In this document: positions 58,716 through 64,000 of the stretch, one piece after another
Layout: each line of letters opens with the position of its first letter
How positions within the stretch are numbered: the stretch's first letter is position 1
NCBI GenBank assembly: GCA_041946735.1
Contig: JBHGAY010000021.1
Location: 30,505 to 94,504 of the forward strand
DNA: 64,000 bases
Reading direction: 5' to 3'
Source: Candidatus Eiseniibacteriota bacterium
GTDB taxonomy: Bacteria; Eisenbacteria; RBG-16-71-46; CAIMUX01; VGJL01
Program-made: the position numbers and the translations under genes
The notes under the pieces: model-generated
What the model was told of the DNA's origin: nothing
Database searches by the model: none
Seen by the model: only the letters and a program-made list of their open reading frames with translations

Positions 58716-59698
58716 GCCGGGATCCGCTCCCGCTCTCGCTCTCGCCCGTTCCGGGCGCCGAAACTCCACCCGGGGACCGGCATCACGCCGGGGTCCGGAT
58801 CCCCGGACTCGAGGAGCCGGGCGGCCAGCTCTTCGATGGAGAGCGACGCGGCGCACCGGGGATAGAGCCGCAGCAGCGGCTCCTGGCGGCGAACGGCCGA
58901 GCCGACCGCGCCGTCGACGGGAATGCATCCGAGATAGACCGGATCGATCGAGAGGAAGCGGCGGGCGACGTCGCGGATGCGGCGGGCGACGCTCGCCCCT
59001 TCCTCCGCGTCGTGCGCCTGGTTGACGACCAGGTAGGGCGGGGGCGGAGACGCGGGGCGGTGCGCGCCGCCTCCGTCATGGGCGGCGGCGTAGCCGAGCG
59101 CGCGGAGAATCGCGTAGGCGCTCGTGAAGGCGGCCGGCTCGGGCGTCGTCACGAGGATCCTTTCCGAGGCGCACCGGGCGAAGTGCATCGTGGTGCGGCC
59201 GAGACCCGCTGCGGTGTCGAGGAGGATCAGATCGGTCTCGTCCTCGATCTCGTGCAGGGAGCGATAGAGGCGTTCGCACGAGAGCTCGTCGAGGTTCGCC
59301 ATCTCCTCGACCCCCGGCGCGGCGGGCAGGAGCGTCACGTCCTCGCGCGTACGGACGACCACCTCGCTCGCCCGGCGCGTGCCGCGGACGATGTCCTGCG
59401 ACGTGCATCCGGTGGGCTCCACGCCAAGCAGGGGATCGAGGCCGCTCATCCCAAGGTCGCCGTCCACCAGCAGGACGGAGAGGCCGCGCCGGCGCATCGC
59501 GATTCCGAGATTCGCGACGAGGGTGCTCTTGCCGACTCCGCCCCGCCCGCTCAGCACGGCGATCGTGCGGATCGACGGCCGGCGCGAGCGCGGACTCGGG
59601 CGTCCGTTGCAGGAGAGCAGGCGAAGCGCGGGCCCCTCGGGCGGCTGCTCGGGCTTGCCTCTCCGGATCGTGACCGGGGTGCTCCGTCCGCTCGCCAT
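58712..59698 (-). CDS. flhG: FlhG/FleN-like MinD-family ATPase (divergent)
   Basis: IAVLSGRGGVGKS, DGDLG, GVEEMANL, LDTAAGL, VTTPEP...AYA, VVNQA, VARRFL, AVRRQEPL; immediately upstream of fliA. Confidence 0.8.
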   Translation of the reverse strand: MASGRSTPVTIRRGKPEQPPEGPALRLLSCNGRPSPRSRRPSIRTIAVLSGRGGVGKSTLVANLGIAMRRRGLSVLLVDGDLGMSGLDPLLGVEPTGCTSQDIVRGTRRASEVVVRTREDVTLLPAAPGVEEMANLDELSCERLYRSLHEIEDETDLILLDTAAGLGRTTMHFARCASERILVTTPEPAAFTSAYAILRALGYAAAHDGGGAHRPASPPPPYLVVNQAHDAEEGASVARRIRDVARRFLSIDPVYLGCIPVDGAVGSAVRRQEPLLRLYPRCAASLSIEELAARLLESGDPDPGVMPVPGWSFGARNGRERERERIPA

Positions 59699-59787
59699 TC
59701 TCTTTCTGCCCCTCTCTTCCGGCCGTCCGGGCTCCCGATCTTCCGGGCGCCTCGCCGGGGGGCGCTCCCCCGGCGGGAAGGGCGAAA

Positions 59788-59803
59788 TGCAACCGCCGTG
59801 CCC
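59788..59803 (-). promoter_or_regulatory. sigma54 (-24/-12) promoter motif upstream of flhG-fliA
   Basis: GGGCACGGCGGTTGCA: GG-N10-GC spacing exact, with GGCACG and TTGCA consensus. Confidence 0.72.
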
Positions 59804-59944
59804 GATTCACGACCGATTCGCGATCAGCGAGCCGGACGGCCAAACCGCGATGGGGCGATGGATTGCGGATGCGGGCGCGCACGGTCCGGCGGCGAGCGGA
59901 GCCGCGCGGAGGCGGGGGCGCGGTCAATCCTTACCGGGGGTCGG

Positions 59945-60985
59945 TCAGAAACCGGCCGGCCCGGCGGGGGTCTCCCCGGCCGGCGGGCTCGCCGGCGCAT
60001 GGCGGATCGCGATCCGCAGCCGCCCGTCGGCCGCGTCGGCGCGTGCAGGAAGCACGAAGAGGCGGCGCTGGCGGAGCGCTTCGCGAACGATCCGCCGTTG
60101 GCGGGCGTCGGCAGACGCGAGCGGCGGGGCATCGAGCACGATCGCGACTCCCGGGGGGGCCGCCGGCGCCGCGAGCCGGATGCGATGCGCCGGGCCGTCC
60201 GGCTCGATGCGCGCGCGGCATCCTCCGGGAACGAGCAGGACCTGCCCCGGCGCGAGACGGTCGCCATCGCGCGCGATCCGGACCGGCAGGCGTGTCGCGC
60301 GATCGAGCCCTTCGCGAAGTCCCCGCGTGTGGCGCGGCGGATGCGGGACGCTCAGGACGAGCGCTCGCTGGTCGCGCCGCCCGTAGGAGTGAGCCGTGAG
60401 GAATGCGGTCGCGCGGAGAAGGCCGCGCAGCCTGACATGCAGCCAGAGGACCGGGAAGGCCTGGATCTCCTCCTCGCCGGCGAAGCGGCCGCGCAGGCGC
60501 AGGCGCGCCGCCGAAGCGGGGAGGATCTTCTCCTCCAGGTCGGGGGAGATCCATGCAAACTGGCTCGGCCGCTTCTCCCTCTTCAGGAGGATGTCGGCGG
60601 CGCCGAGCCGCAACGCCTCCCACGCGATCCGTCCCCCTTCGACCGTGTCAGAGGCGAGACCGAGGATGCGCATGCCGCCCGGGCGAGGGCGCGGCAGCGC
60701 GCGAAGCACCGTGAGGCCGTCCATGTGCGGCATCTCGAGGTCGAGGAGGAGCAGGTCGGGCTCGAGCGCGCGGATTACGCGGAGCGCCTCGGCGCCGTTC
60801 GATGCGGCAGGGAGGAACGCCAACCCGGGCTGGCGCCGGAGGAGGCGCGAGCGCAGCTCGGCGACCACCGAAGCCGAATCGTCGACGATCAGGCAGCGGA
60901 GCGGGGCGCGCTCCCGGCCGCTTTCTCGGCGCGCATGGGCGCCGTCTCCGCCGTCTCCGCTGTCCCTGTAAGCCGCTCGTTCCAT
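59945..60985 (-). CDS. CheB-like response regulator with degenerate, truncated methylesterase domain
   Basis: CheB-type REC (IVDDS, LLLDLEMPHMDGL, EALRLGAADILLK); remnant PHPPRHTRGLREGLDRATRLPVRIARDGDRLAPGQVLLVPGG; no GxSTGG and no LTGMGxDG. Confidence 0.75.
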   Translation of the reverse strand: MERAAYRDSGDGGDGAHARRESGRERAPLRCLIVDDSASVVAELRSRLLRRQPGLAFLPAASNGAEALRVIRALEPDLLLLDLEMPHMDGLTVLRALPRPRPGGMRILGLASDTVEGGRIAWEALRLGAADILLKREKRPSQFAWISPDLEEKILPASAARLRLRGRFAGEEEIQAFPVLWLHVRLRGLLRATAFLTAHSYGRRDQRALVLSVPHPPRHTRGLREGLDRATRLPVRIARDGDRLAPGQVLLVPGGCRARIEPDGPAHRIRLAAPAAPPGVAIVLDAPPLASADARQRRIVREALRQRRLFVLPARADAADGRLRIAIRHAPASPPAGETPAGPAGF

Positions 60986-61070
60986 CCCGTTCTATCCATC
61001 AGCACTCCGCGATCGACTCTTTAGCGCCGACTTGCGGGCGCTGGGGCGCTGCGCGGGCCGCGAGCCCCGC

Positions 61071-63195
61071 TCAGCTCTCCCACACGGGCGGCGCCACCGG
61101 CTCCCCGAAGCGCTCGACGATCCGGTGGCCGAGCAGCCGCAGCATCGGAGGCTTGCCGCCCGGCCGGACTCCCAGCTCCCAGACGATCTGCTGCGGCGCG
61201 CGGCCGTAGGCGCGGATCCATCCCTCGTGCACCCCGCGCCGGTGATGGAGCCAGCAGAGCGCCGTCTGGTTCGCGAGCGTGTTGCGGCCGCCACGCGCCC
61301 GCGCGTGCAGGTGGTGGCTCTCGAGATGCTCGCGCCCGCCGCAACCGGGCGCCTGGCAATGCCAGAGGTCCCGCTCGAGGATCCGCGCCTTCGCCGCGGG
61401 CCGTTCCGGATCCTCGAGCCTCCACTGTTTCAGACAGGCATCGATCATGAGGAGCAGGATCTCCCACGGCTCGAGCCAGGGCGCGTCCAAGCGCCGCCGC
61501 ACCTCGCGGAACGCGGCAGCCAGATCGCGTGCCGTGGGGTCCGGCAGCCAGAGCCGCCGGCGCTCCCAGCCGCGCGGGAGCGCAAACATTTTCCCGACCG
61601 ACTTCGGCAGCAGATCGGGCGGCTCGTTGCCCGGGATCGGGCTTTGCTCGAGCAGGATCTCCGTGAGCAGGTCGATCCTCTTGCGGACGGAAGGGTTCTC
61701 CGCCGGATCCCACGAGGCGCCTTCGACGATCTGCTCGGACCCGCGCGCGCGAAGCTCGCGCCGCAGGCGCTCCTCGGTCCAGCCCGCGATCGACAGGATC
61801 TCGACCTCCAGGTCCTCGACGAGATCCCGCTTGGCGCCCGGCTTCTTGTTCCGCGTGGCGATCGCATGGTCCGCCATCGCCACCCGCGCGTTCTGGCGCA
61901 GCTCGATGCGCGCCTCCCGCGCGGTCAGGACCGACATGCGCTCGAGCAACCAGCGCATCTCCCGCTCGGTGTTCGACTGCGCGTGCACGGAGTAGGCGAT
62001 CTCGCGGGAAACCCAGCCGCGGAGGAAAGCGCGCGCGAGGAGCGGGTGATCGCCGAAGAGTTCCGCGTCGTCGAGAAGGGCGTCCATCGTCTTTGCGCAG
62101 ATGTCGAGGCGGGCCTCGGCGAACGCTCCCATGTCGGGGTAGCCGAGCATCTCCAGGACACAGAAGGACTGCAACGTCGCGAGGATCCGGCAGCGTAGGA
62201 TGTGCAGACCTCGGCCCATCCGCTCCATCGCCGCGATCTGTCGCGCCGCTTCGCACCGATCCTCGGGGATGGCGCCTCGGGCGAGTTCGCCGTCCCGCTT
62301 CACCCAGGCCTGCAGCTCGGCCAGGGTCGCCAGAGCCTCCTCGATCTTCGCTTGCGGCACCCGCACGCGCATCGGCTCGGGGCGCGCGACGCGATTCGGT
62401 TGCGTCTTGGGCCGCGGCGGGCTCGGCCCCTTCTCGCCGCCGCCCGCGAGGCCGGTCTCGGCGAGCATCGCCGCGATCACCTCGTGCTCGGGCGCGTCGT
62501 AGCCGATCATCCTGCGGCCGGCCTCGTAGAGCCAGTCGAGGGAAAGGAAGAGGATCTTGGGGCCGGCGATACCGATCGTCGCGCCCCGCGCCTCGTCCGG
62601 CGGCTCGTCCCGCGGCTCCTCCCGCGCCTCCTTGCGCGCCTCGTCCCGCGGCTCCTCCCCGCGCCTCCCCGCAGGACTCCGCCGGCTTCCTCCGATCCGC
62701 CCGGACGAGGTCCTTGAGCCGCCGCACCGGCATCTTCGAGGCGAGATCGAGCCAGACGCGGACCGCCTTCTCCTCGCCCGCCGCGCGGCGAAGCGCCGGA
62801 GCGACGGCGAGCAGCGAGTATTGCGTCACCGATCCGCCGAGAAACGCTGCGGCCGCCTGCGGGATGTCGCGGCAGAGGCGGCCGAGATTCATCAGGTCAC
62901 GGGTGCGCGTCTCGCTGATCCTCGCCATCTCCGTGGCGAGATCCTCGATTCTCACGAAGCCGGTCTGAAGAACGTTGCGCCTGATGTGAAGCAGGCGCTC
63001 GCCCATCGAGAGGAGGATGCGGTGCTCCATCGGCCGGGCGGCGACGAGTCCGCCGAGGAGCATCGCGATCACTTCGTCCGCGTGCGGGAAGAGCTTCAGC
63101 TGCTCTCGATCCCTGCGCCGGTGCCGGCGCGGGCCGATGACGTAGCTGCCGCGCAGCGAGCGGCCGGCGAGACCTCGAGGGAAGCGACGAGCCAG
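61071..63195 (-). pseudogene. DUF222-like HNH endonuclease split by a 1-bp frameshift at about 62657-62660 (pseudogene or sequencing error)
   Basis: The 5' frame is protein-like up to RKPAESCGEAR, then coding continues in the 61071..62510 frame (EEPRDEARKEAREEPRDE...); C-terminal RDLWHCQAPGC...ESHH...GG.N...N...LCWLHH; possible CTG start at 63195 after GGAGGA. Confidence 0.78.
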
Positions 63196-63248
63196 GGCGA
63201 TCCTCCGGAAAGCAGAGAGGGAGACGACGAAAACGCACGAACAATCGT

Positions 63249-63264
63249 TGCAAGAATGGTGCCT
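63249..63264 (-). promoter_or_regulatory. sigma54 (-24/-12) promoter motif upstream of the HNH gene
   Basis: AGGCACCATTCTTGCA: exact GG-N10-GC spacing, in a lower-GC intergenic region. Confidence 0.68.
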
Positions 63265-63468
63265 CGTTTCGCGCTTTGCGTACGATCGCCTTCATACAGG
63301 CCAATGACTTACACGAATGCATTTGAGCATGTTCGGGCGAATGATCGCGAAGGTGCAGCACGATGCAACACCCTGTAGCATATCACATCGCATTGATCAT
63401 TCGCGCGCGATCGAGTGCGCCCGACATGCAGCTCGCGGATTTCCCTTCGCTTTCACATTCCTTCGTGT

Positions 63469-63519
63469 AAGACCGCCGTGGAGGAAGGACGGCACCGTGG
63501 AAGACCGCCGTGGAGGAAG
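63469..63519. repeat. 19-bp perfect direct repeat with 32-bp period
   Basis: AAGACCGCCGTGGAGGAAG at 63469-63487 and 63501-63519. Confidence 0.85.
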
Positions 63520-63600
63520 CACGACATCTAGGAAGAACGACGTGGAGCGACGAGCGCAGGAACGATGCGCGGTGACGGGCGACGCGGGCCGCGAGATTCC

Positions 63601-64000
63601 TCAGGCCTCCCTCGCGAGGCGCCCGCGCCGCGAACGGCGGGGAGGCCGAGCGCGCATGTCGATCTCCGGCGGTCCGGCGGCCGGTTGCCGGCCCCTCGCG
63701 GCCGCCGGACCGGTGGAGCGGCAGCCGCCCGGGCGCCCGAGGATGGAAAGCTGCCTTTCCGGGTCTTCGCGGCGGCCGGACGCGCTGAGACCCGGTCCTC
63801 CCCCCGCACCGCGGCGGCCGGACGCGCTGAGACCCGGACTTTCCCCCGCATCACGCCGCTCGCGCGCGTGAGAACGCCATGTTCCCGCGTCACTATGGCG
63901 TCTCGGCGCGCCCGAACGCCATGTTCCCGCGTCACCATGCCGCTCGCACGCGCTCGAACGCCAGGTTCCCGCGTCACTACGCAGCTCGCACGCGCTCGAA
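63601..64000 (-). CDS. Possible 3' end of an upstream gene carrying 14-aa repeats
   Basis: Frame open from the window edge to the TGA at 63601 (...DAGTWRSSACERHG...EDPERQLSILG...RLAREA); an alternative open frame ends at 63528. Confidence 0.3.
   Translation of the reverse strand, partial: SSACELRSDAGTWRSSACERHGDAGTWRSGAPRRHSDAGTWRSHARERRDAGESPGLSASGRRGAGGGPGLSASGRREDPERQLSILGRPGGCRSTGPAAARGRQPAAGPPEIDMRARPPRRSRRGRLAREA
63768..64000. repeat. 42-bp-period tandem repeat array with two unit types, running off the window edge
   Basis: CGCGGCGGCCGGACGCGCTGAGACCCGG at 63768 and 63810; GAACGCCA(T/G)GTTCCCGCGTCAC at 63872, 63914, 63956, with another copy starting at 63998. Confidence 0.9.

Noticed and set aside
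61021..63072. 683-aa ORF as an intact gene
   Set aside because: Only the first 135 or so residues are protein-like; coding shifts frame at about 62660 into the HNH-containing frame.
63872..64000. Possible CRISPR array (22-bp conserved unit plus 20-bp variable part)
   Set aside because: The would-be spacers resemble each other, the period is only 42 bp, and no cas genes are in the window; it is better explained as a tandem repeat.

Overview
High-GC (roughly 70%, by eye) bacterial chromosome segment, almost entirely minus-strand. A SprA/Sov-like giant outer-membrane barrel, a T9SS-type C-terminal sorting domain, a split LPS heptose pathway and LptFG point to a diderm FCB-related lineage such as Eisenbacteria, Krumholzibacteriota or Latescibacterota (inference). 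Positions 1-50 kb are mostly housekeeping: rimP-nusA-infB-DUF503-rbfA, sprA-like plus an M28 peptidase, lptFG, aroB-aroQ-accB-pilT-accC, TPR/ECF sigma/anti-sigma/HtrA-like, a lipoprotein plus FadL-like barrel, yceD-rpmF-plsX-fab-acpP-rnc, ArcE-like-sucCD-ndk, rfaE1/E2, radC, and valS-DUF4139-uvrB-nadC-birA-ftsY. The best candidate for an undescribed system is 50-63.3 kb. It is a co-oriented module built from degenerate flagellar/chemotaxis regulators, with no flagellar structural genes in this window. It comprises a frameshifted DUF222-like HNH nuclease, a catalytically dead and truncated CheB, an FlhG/FleN with an altered Walker A, a hidden translationally coupled 54-aa ORF, FliA/sigma28, a single-TM protein with GxxxG repeats, a GAF-GGDEF cyclase and a REC-GAF-histidine kinase. 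It carries two sigma54 -24/-12 promoter motifs and runs directly into capsule/EPS genes. Other notable items are an HtrA-like protein lacking all three catalytic residues in the ECF operon, a CxxCH lipoprotein paired with a FadL-like barrel, and an arginine-synthetase-like gene heading sucCD-ndk. No rRNA, tRNA, CRISPR array or transposase was recognised. All calls come from reading motifs by eye; no database searches were run.
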